From NCBI GenBank assembly GCA_013239625.1, contig MU057353.1:5637967-5701966 (forward strand): 64,000 bases of DNA. Direction: 5' to 3'. The translations under genes were made by a program, and so were the position numbers. This document shows, one piece after another, positions 25,000 to 37,059 of this stretch (position 1 is its first letter; each line of letters begins with the position of its first letter). Origin of the DNA: Lama guanicoe. Lineage: Eukaryota. The notes under the pieces are model-generated. The model ran no database searches, was not told the DNA's origin, and saw nothing but the letters and a program-made list of their open reading frames with translations.

Positions 25000-26950
25000 A
25001 CAGAGAGAAAAAAAAAAACCTGTCAGGCAAAACAAATGAGAAGTACAAACTACATATTTTCTTTATCTCATGTTGTGTGCCTAAGAAAACCTTGAAACCA
25101 AAGTTTAACGATGACATTGGAAAAGGAAAAATATAGTATCCACTTATACTCAGGAACATCCATCTAAAAAAATTCCACAATAAAACAAACCAATTCCAGT
25201 AATATATAAATTATGCCATGACCTGGTTGGATTAATCCCAGTAATGCAAGTTCTGTTTAACATTAGATAAATATCAAATAAATTAAAATAGAAGAATACG
25301 ATTGTCTCAACAATATAGGAAAACTGTTAAATTTGTGCCCATCTGTAGTTAAAACAAAAACAAAACATTTAACCTAGGAATGAAAGAGAACTGCCTTAAT
25401 ATGACAAACGGTACCTATAAAAACAATGTGTTCACTGTTAACTGTTGAAAGCTTTCCCTTGGAGATAAGGAACAAGGCAAGCATACCCAAGACAATTATT
25501 TGTATTTACAATTGTCTTAGAATTCTTAGCCAGCATAGTTAAAGCCGGGAAGAAAGAGTAAGAATTAGAAATTAAAATACCAAGAATTTTAATGTTTATA
25601 AATGATACCATTGTCTACACAGGAAATTCAGAAGTATCTACTATATTAGTACAGTTAACAGGTACACACAGCAAGTTTAGTGGATGATAATCAATTTAGG
25701 AAAATCTATTTTTTGCACACCAGCCATAAATGGTTAGAAAAACAATTTAAAAGATAACTTTTAGAAGTCATTAAAAATATGAAGTACCTGGGAATAAATC
25801 TAACAAAATACGCATAAAACTCTATGGAAATTTTTAAATTTTACTGAGATATATTAAAGACGACCAAAATAAAGGAAAGTTGCACTATATTTCTGGATTA
25901 GAATATTCAACTTTATAAAAATCATCTCCAAAGTTATGGAAAGATTTGATGCAATGCCAATTAAAATTGTGACAAATTTTAGTGTGTTTGCAATGTGGAT
26001 ATCTAATTCTAAACGCTTAAGAACCTGCAAAGCAACCAAGTCAAATTATTAACTCCTGAGAAAATCACACATGTTCATTAAAATGCACATACAGTTATGT
26101 TTATAGCAGCATGTTTGTATTCACCCCGATTTGGAAACAACTCCAAAAATCATAATATGGATAAACTGTGACTTATTTGTACTGAAAATACTACACAGAC
26201 ATAATAGTGGCTGAAATATAAGTATTAACATATTAATCTCACAAAAAATGTTTGCTGAAGGAAAGGCTTAACACAAAATTATGGCATTAAATTCTACTTT
26301 AGGGATGTATGAAAAAATAGTACGACTGTCAAGATAAGCAGGGAAATATAATTATGACAAGTCAGGATCCAGTTACCTCTAAGGCTGAGGGTTGGGACTG
26401 TGATTAGGGAAGGATGTATGGAGTGTTCTGATACACAAATAATGTTGTATTTTTTTGACCAGAGTGGAGGTTACATAGATTTTCCCTTTTAAATTAAATG
26501 TTCATTTGAACATGTTTTCTACACATGTCTGTATGCAGATTATATTACAAATTAACCCCAGTTTTAATAACTAAACACGTGACAAGATATACATAAATGG
26601 AAGAGCATGATAGCCATAAAAATTTCTCTTCTCCCCAAGTGAATCAATAAAGGCAATGCAATTCTAATTAATGTTCCAAAAGCAAATTTCTGATTCTGCA
26701 GACTGATTCCAAAGTTCATATGGAAGAACACTTCAAGAATAGCAGAGGCTATTCTTAAAAGAAGAAATTAGAGACTATTCGTATCCAGTACTAAATTGTG
26801 CAATACTTACATACAGTTATAAGGATCAAGACACAATAGCACTCGCACATAGACAAAAGAAAAGACCAATAGAAACAGAAAAGATAATCTAGAAATATGC
26901 CTAATTATGGGCTCTTGACAGAAAAGTAGTATGGCATAGAAGCTAAACAT
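25000..26950 (+). mobile_element. Old L1 (L1M/L1ME) ORF2 and 3' fragments
   Basis: gttgggattaatcccagtaatgcaagtt, gaagtacctgggaataaatctaacaaaa, ctgattccaaagttcatatggaagaa. Confidence 0.65.
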
Positions 26951-26966
26951 AAGGAGATCTCAACAC

Positions 26967-27774
26967 AACTGTTTTTAAAAATTATTTCTCCAGCTTTGAG
27001 ATATAATTGACACATAGCAATGTGTAAGTTTTACATGTACAGTGTGATAATTTCATATTCTTATATATTGTAAAATACACAAATCAGTGGAACTGCTTAA
27101 GAGACCAGAAATAGACTCATACAAATATGCTCAACTCATATTTGACAAAGGAGCCAAGAATACTCAATGGAGAAAAGATACTCTCTTCAATAAACAGTGG
27201 TGGGAAAATTGGATATCCATATGGAAAAGAATGACACAGGACCCCTATCTTACACTACTCACAAAAACTAACTCGAAATGGATTAAAGACTTGAACGTTA
27301 AGACCCAAAATCATAAAACTCCTAGAAGCAAACAGGGGACAACCTCCATGACATTCTCAGCAATTATTTTTTTTGGATATGACACCAAAACACAGGCAAA
27401 AAAAAAAAAAAAGAAAAATACAAAATAAAAGAGACTACATCAAAGTAAAAAGCTTCTTCAGAGAGGAAAAAAATCAACAAATGAAAAGACAACCTACGGA
27501 ATGGGAGAAAATATTTACAAATGATACCTGATAAGGAGCTAATACATAAGCAACTCATACAACTCAAGAGAAAAAAATCATTAGAAATGTGCAAAAGATC
27601 TACAGAGACAGTTTTCTAAAGAGATACAAATGGACAACAGGTACATGAAAAGGTACTAATCATTAGGGAATTACAATTCCAAACTACAATGAGGTATCAC
27701 CTCACACCTGTTAGAACGGCTAATGGCAAAAAGACAGGCGATAAGTGCTGGAAAGGATGTGGAGAAACTGCTTT
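26967..27774 (-). mobile_element. 5'-inverted (twin-primed) L1MA-like insertion: 3' end on the minus strand (26976-27076), inverted ORF2 body on the plus strand (27077-27766)
   Basis: Minus-strand L1 terminus (ccagctttgagatataattgacac) abuts plus-strand ORF2 (YAQLIFDKGAKNTQWRKDTLFNK). Candidate TSD AACTGTTTT (26967-26975) / AACTGCTTT (27766-27774). Confidence 0.7.
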
Positions 27775-27975
27775 GTTTTCAATCTCAGGTCTGCAATTTA
27801 TTATGTAATTTTGTGCTACTTATCTTCTGTGCTTTAGTTTATTCAACTACATAATGGAGATAATGGTACTATCTGTCTCGTGGATTATTGGTACTACGTA
27901 TATAAAACATTTAAAACAGTGCCTGGCGCGTATTAAAGGCTTAGTAAGTGTTATCGATATCCTATTATGACTACT
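27775..27975 (+). mobile_element. MIR
   Basis: taatggagataatggtactatctgtctcgtggattattg...acagtgcctggcgcgtattaaaggcttagtaagtgtta. Confidence 0.65.
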
Positions 27976-27989
27976 GCTTTTATTATTTT

Positions 27990-29660
27990 TTATTATAAAC
28001 CAGTAGAGTCAGAATGGATTATTCAAATAATTTTGTTGCAACTATTAGCTTTCCCTAAACTAGTTATCTAATCCAGATGAGTCAAAGATGTAAACATTGA
28101 AAACAAACATTAAAATAACAGAAGAAAATATAGGGGGTTTTGATAGGAACAGAATTCTTACATAAAATGCAAAAAGTATAAAGAAAATATGAATGAAATT
28201 TAAGTCCAACATAACCATATTTATGTATGAAAATCAACATCGTAACAAAGTTAAAAGAAAAGCAATAGCCATGGAGTTGATAATCATATAACCTGAGAAA
28301 TACAATGACACAAAATTTCTACAAATCACATAGAAAAAGACAATCAGCTCAATAGATAAATGAGTAAAGGATGTGGGTGTGTAACTCATAACTCACAGAC
28401 ATGGAAATGGCAAACTGCAGTGGTATAGTATTTCACATGTACTATACTTTGTTTCCAGTGCGATGGCTCTTTGATCCTTGATGGGTCATAAAGGCATGTT
28501 GTCAAGGATGTAGGGAAATGACACAACTCATACCATGCTGGTGGTTTTTATACTTTAAAAAGGAATTTGGTGATATCTGTTAAATTAGAAAATATTCATA
28601 CCGTATGATCCATCAGTTTCTCACACAAGAATACAAGGAGGCATGTAGGAAGATGTTTATTGCCCTAATGCTTGTATTAACAAAATCACTTAGAACACAA
28701 ATGGCCTTCAGTAAGATATTGAATAATGTGATATCCATTTAAGTTAAATATTATGTAGCACTTAAAATGTTAAAATATCTCTTTCATGTATATATACAAA
28801 GACATACATAAATATACTCAAATACGTAAATACAAATGAATATGTATATATGTATACGTGTGTGCTTATGAACACAAATATACCTCACAAATATTTAGTA
28901 GGACAAGCAAGTTGTAGAAAATTATGATATATTTAACACACAAATACTGTGACCTATTTAAAATAAAAAATACTATTTATTATCTATAAATGCATACTGT
29001 GAAATACAATGATAAAAATAGATTATACAGACACATCATGGGACTCTGGGAAATAGGAAAGAAGGCAAATGAGGGAGTATTTAACTTTATAACATTACTT
29101 TTCTCTTTTAAATCATTTAAAAATATTTTTTAAAAATTAAAATATAATTTTTGGGAAATAGAACCGAGGGTTCAGAAAAGGAGTTTATGGTCCATGTTAG
29201 CAAACTTGCACCATTATTTTGTAGCTATGTTACTTCGGTTAAATAAAAAAATTTAAGACAGGAGGAAGAATGAAATTTAAGAAACAGAACTGCTTTGGAG
29301 TAATGGAGTAACAGGCACCAACTTGACTCTCACCTTAAACTGAAAAACAAGACAAAAATGAGTATATACTATATAATTTGATCTGCATGAATTTCTAGAA
29401 CACGGTAATATACAGTGATGGTTAGATAGATCTGTGGTTGTCTAGGCGTGGCAGTTGGAGGGATGCTGGAATACAAACAACCTTCTAGAAAACCCAAGGG
29501 AATGCCAATATTGGTTATCCTGATTATGGTGATGATTTCATGGGTGTGTGTGTATACATCAAAACTGTGTATATACACATCAAAATTGTATCTATGTCAA
29601 AAGTGTATACTAGATATTATTGCAGCCATATTAAAGATATCTCAGTAAAGTTACTTTTAT
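27990..29660 (+). mobile_element. Old L1 (L1ME-like) 3' fragments
   Basis: caactcataccatgctggtgg, cataccgtatgatccatcagtt, ttggttatcctgattatggtgatgatttcatgggtgt. Confidence 0.55.
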
Positions 29661-30406
29661 AAAGCAATAGGTAAGATAGGGGGAAAGAATAACCCACACA
29701 GGATAATGCAATCCCAGGATTCAAGAAAGGAAAAGGGTATAAAGATTAAGTTCAAATCACCCAACAACTATGAACTATAATGTACCAAGCACTATGTTTT
29801 GTGTTCTCAATCATTACGTGTTCTTATGAAATCTTGTTTCCTGCAAATTACTTATATCACTTCATAATTATACATTTATTCATCAATATGATTAATATTT
29901 GCCATTACCACTAATATGTAGTATCTATGAGGGTATTTTTATCCTTCTTTTCACTATCATCTCCCAGTGCTAATCCACTGGCTGGCGATTTTCATGTATT
30001 CAATAAATACTCACTGAAAGAATACTAGGCTTAGGTTTTCAAAGACATAAATATAGGACAGTCCCTGACCTCAACCAACTCATAGTCTTATAGTTGTCAA
30101 GTTGTATTAAATCCACAATTAGTAAGAAGAATGAAATCTAAAAATGGCACTTGAATTCATTAATAAGTTAGGCTTTCACGGTATTAAAAAAGAACTGTGA
30201 TATGACAGAAAATCAGCTGTCCCTCCAAAGCTCTGTTGTGTGGATGATACTAGACCGAAATTAAGTCCCGTCTTAACTTGTGCAAAGCCAAAAAGCTTTC
30301 CCATGGTGATTGTAACACCTTGATACTCTGACACAGCTGCTGCATTATGTGGACCAGTCAACCACAGGTTTGTAAAGTCAGGAGGGCACTTATTTTTATC
30401 CCTATA

Positions 30407-30707
30407 TAGGTGTAAGTCAGAGATTGCAGGTTCAGTTCCAAACCACTGCAATAAAGTGAGTTGCACCNNNNNNNNNNNNNNNNNNNNNNNNNNNNNNNNN
30501 NNNNNNNNNNNNNNNNNNNNNNNNNNNNNNNNNNNNNNNNNNNNNNNNNNNNNNNNNNNNNNNNNNNNNNNNNNNNNNNNNNNNNNNNNNNNNNNNNNNN
30601 NNNNNNNNNNNNNNNNNAGGGGACTTGCCACAAACTTTCGATTTGTGTAAAACAAAACAAAACAAAAAGACAGCATCTGCGAAGTGCAATGAAGCGAGGT
30701 ATGCCTG
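30407..30707 (+). mobile_element. Tigger1-derived MITE spanning a gap
   Basis: gagattgcaggttcagttccaaaccactgcaataaag at the start; gacttgccacaaactttcgatttg...gtgcaatgaagcgaggtatgcctg followed by TA at the end. Confidence 0.8.
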
Positions 30708-31049
30708 TAGTTGTGTTCTGAAGCCTGCTCTTTTAAGGTACTGGTATGTTGCCATAAATGTAATTATTAAAACGGTACTCTCAAAATAAGAAACAAGAAG
30801 GAAAAGGTTGTCCTGAGTGGCATTAGTCCTATTATCCCTCAGAGCACAGTACAGGTGACCAGCTCTGAGTTGTCAACTTCTCCACCAGCATAGGAACACA
30901 GTGTACATGAAGTTTATTTCATGATGCAATCTTCACCAAAATCCTCCCTGGAATTACACCCTACTCTGGAAGTCTACATCCTTTGTGGCACTTCAGCTCA
31001 CTTCCTGTTTTTTTTTTTTTTAACTACACTATTTTGCCACCTTTCTGGA

Positions 31050-31455
31050 TGTATCTGTCAGGACAGATGAGAACGCTGCAGTAACAATTAGTGCCACCTC
31101 AAAGTTTAATGGCACAGAACAATGAAGATTTATTTCTCACACAATGTATCTACCAGGAGTTCTATATGGAGTTCTCATCCCCTGTATTTCAGTAATCTCC
31201 TTCTCATTCAGGGACCAGACGGATGGCACCACCACCATCATGAGCACACTGCTCATTATGCCAGGGTGAGAGATTAAAGCCAAAGTTGTACTGTTTTAAA
31301 ACATCTACACTGAAGCGGCATACACTGCTTGTACTCACACTCCACCGGCCAACTCAACTCCTATGGCCATTCCCGAGTTCAACAGGGTTAACATGTGTAA
31401 ACCTTCCACAGAGAGAGGCCCTGGATATTGGTGAACAGAAACACAGTTTACCACA
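31050..31455 (-). mobile_element. Old MaLR LTR (MLT1J/K-like)
   Basis: gctgcagtaacaat...acaatgaagatttatttctcac...tcagggaccagacggatgg...tattggtgaacag...ttaccaca. Confidence 0.6.
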
Positions 31456-31529
31456 CTCAAGTTTTGCCGTGTTTAATGAGACTTTGTTTACTCACTGAGC
31501 AGTTATCATAGCAGTACAGAGCATGAAGA

Positions 31530-31970
31530 GGTTATGCAGAGTAAAAGCTAAGACTGGAGTGTATCTGCTCAGGGTTAAATCCTGCCTCTGTCACTTATTG
31601 GCTGATCTTCGCTAATTACCTTTTCTTTACAAAATGGGGATTGTAACAATAACACCTACCTCGCAGGATCATTGTGAGTTTTAATGCAAGAAGTGTGTGC
31701 TACATTCTTAGAAAAATACCTGAGATTTAGTAAATAATAAATTCTTGCTGGCATCATTACTATTACCACTACCACCACAAGATCGTACTAGATACTGGCA
31801 CACATCTCAATTTATTTCAGTATTTGTGAGAGAGGTTTTCATATGCTCACTTGACAGATGACATAACGGAAGTTAAAGCAGTGAAGTCAAGTACCTAGGT
31901 ACACAGCTTGCATTTGGCAAAGCTGCAATTCGAATACAGATCTGCCTGACTCCAAACCCCTTGCTCATCT
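31530..31970. mobile_element. Two MIRs (31530-31770 plus, 31820-31970 minus)
   Basis: gggttaaatcctgcctctgtcactta...aaaatggggattgtaacaataacacctacctc; gcaattcgaatacagatctgcctgactccaaa. Confidence 0.65.
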
Positions 31971-32127
31971 CTACAGCTTTAGTATATTTATTGATGTCCT
32001 CTTGCTCAATATTTTCACTTGGAACATAAATTTAATATTTATAATTTCTCCAACTATCACAGAGGCAGAATCGTGCTGTGCAGAACATTCTTTATAGCCA
32101 AAATTTGCAAGCCCTGCTTTTTCACAG

Positions 32128-32223
32128 TTGCCACGTCAGGTCTTTAGTCATCAACACGCCGGACAGACTTTGTTGCGTCCCAACCTGAGGAAAGCCCTGA
32201 CGCTGCAGGAACGGGAACTGGAA
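32128..32223 (+). other. Candidate 96-nt exon, unverified
   Basis: ctgctttttcacag| ... GAA|gtaagt; open in phase 0 (LPRQVFSHQHAGQTLLRPNLRKALTLQERELE); locally CpG-rich; product not recognised. Confidence 0.25.
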
Positions 32224-32619
32224 GTAAGTAAGTCCCTTTCCCTCCTTTTAACCCTGCATCCAGTGTGCTAAGGGCTTAAAAGTCTGTTTAATTTCTTCTT
32301 CTAATGTGATTTCATAGACCACCCCTAACAACCATTGTGACTAAAAGGTCTGATTGGAGAAATTAGGATCAAGAAAAATAGATGTCTGCAAAACCTATCA
32401 ACAGCATTCATTCTGGTGTGCAAAGCCAGAAATCTGTCTTGTGTATTACATCTAACGTTAATATTTCAGGATCAGCTTTAACTCAGTGTGGTTTTGGTTG
32501 TTACCATGGAATAGCTATTAACCCTCAGTTACTCATTTCATCACTCAACAGGTAATAAAGCACGTACTCGGAATTTATAGTGTTGAGTGAGATAGACGCC
32601 CCACTCTCAAAGAGTTTCT

Positions 32620-32810
32620 AGTCTAGGGCAGCACATATGATTGAAGTGTTACTAGCATCACAGTTACCTGAAGTGTTTGTTAAAATGTCAGATTCTAGGC
32701 CTCCACCAGCCTTACCCAACCATCTCTAGGAATAGGCCTCAAGGACATCTACTTGTTGGTAAGATCTCTCAAGGGATTTTTAATGTAGAATAAAGTACAA
32801 AACCTATGGG
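32620..32810. mobile_element. MER5A-like hAT-Charlie MITE
   Basis: agcatcacagttacctgaagtgtttgttaaaatgtcagattctaggcctcca...ctctaggaataggcctcaagga. Confidence 0.6.
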
Positions 32811-32997
32811 TTAATGTCAAGTTCATCAGTATTGGTTCAAGTAGTAACCTCATGATGGAAAAATAACATGGTAACCTTCTGGTACATCATCAGACTTCCC
32901 TTTACACATGAGAAACTAGAAATCCAGAAAATGGCTTGTCCACACTCATTTCTCCATTGGGCATATATCCACAACTGGATACTGGGTCTCATTACCT

Positions 32998-33133
32998 GAG
33001 GCTGACTGGATAATTTATTGTCCAAATTGGGACAATTTTGAGAGAGAAAAAGTTGAACTACTATTAATAATACACTGGGACGACAGATGTAAATTGGAAC
33101 TTTCCTGGGCAAACAAAGTCCTCTAACTACCTT
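32998..33133. mobile_element. MER94-like hAT MITE
   Basis: ataatttattgtccaaattgggacaattttgagagagaaa...ctattaataatacactgggacgacagatgtaaattggaactttcctgggcaaac. Confidence 0.7.
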
Positions 33134-33359
33134 CCCTAATCCCCACTTATTGTTTCTTAATTCTAAATTCACATATAGGGTAACCACCACCAAACGTTTT
33201 CCTTCTTTTAGAATCAATTTCTTATTGTCACGCAGAGCCACTTATAAATGCTCCCACCGGCACCTGCTATCCACTTGAACTTAGTGGATATATGTTTCCC
33301 ATCTTCTAACAAAGAAAAGAGGTGACCTTTACCTTCCCATGTCACATTAGGAGTTTATA

Positions 33360-33930
33360 CAGAGCAGAGTACAGGTTTTAAGAGCTCAAGCTCTGGAATC
33401 TTATTAGAGTTCTGAGTTTGGATCACAGCCGTTATCAGACACTAGATGTGGGACCTTGAGAAACCTACTTAATCGTTCTGTGACTCAGTTTCCCCACTGC
33501 AAAATTATCGAGCGGATTAAGTAAGTTAATGCAACTAAAGTGATCAGAAGAAGGTATCACACATGGTAACCACTCAGGTGTTCCTGATTATCATCACTAT
33601 TAAAACTCGCCAATCTGATCTTTTAAAACTTTTTTTGGACAGGAGATATTATGTAGGAAGACTAATTAGAACATCAGACAGTTTAGAACAGAGGTCTTCA
33701 TATGTATTCTCTCAGGGGTTTCAAATCAGGCCAACCCAACTTTGAATTCTGACCTAACAACTACCTGAAGTGTCCTTGGGCAAGTAACTTTGCAGCCCTA
33801 AAACCTCAGTTTTCTCAACTATAAAAAGGGAATAATGCTACCAAGTGTCTTACAGTCATGTTGTGATGTTTAAAAATCACAAGTGATTTCCACAGAACCC
33901 TGAATTGTAGGTACGCAATAAATTGCATAT
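33360..33930 (+). mobile_element. Two tandem MIRs
   Basis: ttaagagctcaagctctggaatc...ctcagtttccccactgcaaaat; ccttgggcaagtaactt...cctcagttttctcaactataaaaagggaataat. Confidence 0.65.
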
Positions 33931-36900
33931 CCCACTATTCTGTTAATATTTGTTCTTATACATCAATACTTGTTATTTGGCTTTACAATAAAGAGGAATT
34001 ATAAAGGACACATAAAGTTTAGGATATATGATAAATATCCTTATTCAAAACCTAACTCAGACGGGTAGCTTTCACACTGTTGCATTTTCATAAACTCCTG
34101 GCTGGTCCATTCCACTTTTTTTTAGTAAGTGAAATTGGACAAACACAAAGTTGAATCTTTAGAACACATTAGTCAAAATAAAATAAATGGCTACATGTTC
34201 ACCTTCATATATGCAGTAACATCTTCTTTCTGTTTGTTTTGGTTCTGGTAAGGTTGATATATCATTTAAGATTCATTTTGGAAATACCAACGAAAAACTG
34301 TGTTCCTCTGAAAATCACTTTTATAACACTGGTTATTGAATAATCCACTTACAACAAACTTTCCACCTTATAAATATTTTAACACTAATGAGGTAATGAG
34401 AATTTAACTAGAAATTGTAAGTTTTTGAAATGTGCATTTTTTAAAATTTGACTACAACCCAAGGTCAATGAATGAAATCATTAACAAGCCCTGATTATTA
34501 ACAAGGTTACTTAGCAGTGACCTCTAACAGTATTCATTTTAAATTTGCCTTTGGGGATTCTAATTGTTCTTCTGCGGCTGTAGTATCTCATTATTTGAAT
34601 ATCATACGTGTCACTGTAAACATTAAAATCTCATTCAGAGGAAGATTCCAAGAATGACATTAGAATGAGACCTGACCTTCAAACGTTCTATGATATATTT
34701 GATGCATTAGAATGATACACTGCTCCCAAAGAGGGTATGCCCCTGCGTGGGCACAGATGAATGTATGTGTGTATCTAATTCCATACTATATATAAAAGAC
34801 ATTTTAATTTTGAACACTGAGAAAACAAAGTTATCTTTTGTAACTGTATTAGTAATTATCAGTTCGGCACGTGAAAATCTCATTTATTATCCATTCTCTG
34901 TAGTAGATGGGCTCAGAGTTGTTTTTCCAAGGATGGGGATGAGTTTGCACAACAAATCCAGGGGTTTTGGCACGAACACTTTTACAGAAGACAGTTTTGC
35001 AAAACACCTGGCTCAGTTTAGATGTTCTGCCCCTGGCTCCAGACTGAAGTTTCACCTGGGGGCAAGGTTAAATGCTCCATATGGAAATTTAACTAACCAC
35101 CGTGTTTAAAACCTAAGATTCACTCTTCATTGGCCCTAACTCTTACATACATGAGGATTCAGACATGTCATTATGCTTTAGGATTCATGTACGATTACCT
35201 CTTTCCTGTATTTTTATTCCCAATTTTAGGTATTGTTAAACTATAGTTACTAATGATCAGCTTCCCCAAACTGATATTATCTCAATGACTACTTGCATAT
35301 TTTAAGAAATCTCTCACAATAATATTAAGTTTAGAAATCAAATAAAAATGCTTAAACAGTTGTCCTTGTTTTCTGTGCCATTTTACCTGATCAAACATAT
35401 GCGGTAGCAAGTGCAAGCAGAGCTGCAAGTCCTTGTCATGAGTGCTCTGCTTCAGACTAGAGACGTTCATGAATATTTCATAAGAGTACATGAGCTTAGG
35501 AATTTCTAATTGCCAACATAATTTCTTGAATGGTAGAATACAGAAGTGATACATTAGAAGTAGAGGGCATTTCTAGAGATTGCTATAGCACGTATCTGCC
35601 ATTTCTATTCCACAACCTTGAGCTATTAACTGGAATAAAGAAGCCTGCCATTCACCCGAAGAATCCCTGAATACCCACCGTGTACCAGGCACAAGCGCTG
35701 AAGATAGAAGAAACGGATACAGTCACAAGCTTTGAGGTTTTATCAGAGTTTAGATTTCATTAGTTTGAAATATTTTATATCTCTTGCTATAAAACATTTC
35801 TAAGTCATATGATTATATGCCGATTGTACTTCCTCTCCACTAGGAATGGAATTCCCCTTACATAAGGTTAAGACAATTATCTACAAGGAAATAACGTTAT
35901 AAACACACAGCATTTTCGTTCAAGTTCTAGAAATCTTGGATAGATTTAAAATTGTGTTTCCTCATCTGGCCCCTGCTTTCTGCCAGTTCGTGTCTTGATC
36001 TTATTCCAGTAGCTATCTGGTTCCTCTCCCTCCCTCACCAGTGCTGGTACGAGCATGGCTCCAGGCCAAATGTCTTTGGCGTGCTTTACTTATTCTTGAG
36101 AATCCCAACTTGGCCAGATGTTTCCTCAGCTTGTCTTTTAGACTCTGGGCTGGAGTTCAATCCAGATTTCATTGGGAAAAAGAATGTCACCCAGAGAATA
36201 TGCTAGAATCCCAATAGGAAAATGATGAAAAGCACACAACTAGAAAGCAAAAAAGAACAAGGAAAAAAAAAATGTTGATAAATTCCCTCCCTCTGTTGCA
36301 AAATTTATTTTACTTTTTAATCCTAGCTTGTGGACAAAGAGAAAGTTTGCATTTGGATTCGCGTTTTGTTAGTAAAATTTCCATAGAGTTATCATGACAT
36401 TATGTGCTTATTGCATTGACATTATTGGGTAGATCTTTAGATGTGATAAACAACTATAGTCATGGTACATAAATATCAAGAGGTAATAAAAGTTGTAGTA
36501 AAGATCAAATCCGAAGTATGTCTACAATTATTAAAGTATCAGATATAATTACTTACTTCTGAAAACAAAGGAGTACAATGACAACATAGACTTTTCTGAA
36601 AATCCTTAACCCAGAAAACAATTTCTGTCTTTAAAGAAAATCATTCATTTCAGGTTTAAGATAAGAATAGGAATAAATAAGTGCAATGAGATACTGCCCT
36701 TAGAATCAGGAGTCTAAACTGCTCACAGTGAATACATAAGAAGTCTTAAATAATAAAACACCCCACAGAGTATTTGTTCCCATACCTCAAGACAGAGCTA
36801 GGCTCACTAAGAGCAGAAGAGGTTTGTAATAATTCTGTAGGCTTTCATTTAAAATGAAGAATGTTTTAACATACCAGTTTGGCAAATATTAAAGAGACTG

Positions 36901-37059
36901 ACAAACATAAGATATGCTGGTGGGGATCAAATTGGTAAAACCTTTTTTTGAGGCCAATCTCCAATATTCATATTACTCAAAATTTGCATACACTTTGACC
37001 CTACAACTCCACTTCAGAGATTCTATCCAAAGAAGTGTAATACAAAAAGATGATAAAGG

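Noticed and set aside
27087-27428. 113-aa ORF and other L1-like ORFs (13360, 23923, 37928, 54600)
   Set aside because: Short remnants of L1 ORF2 or 3' regions, not host genes.
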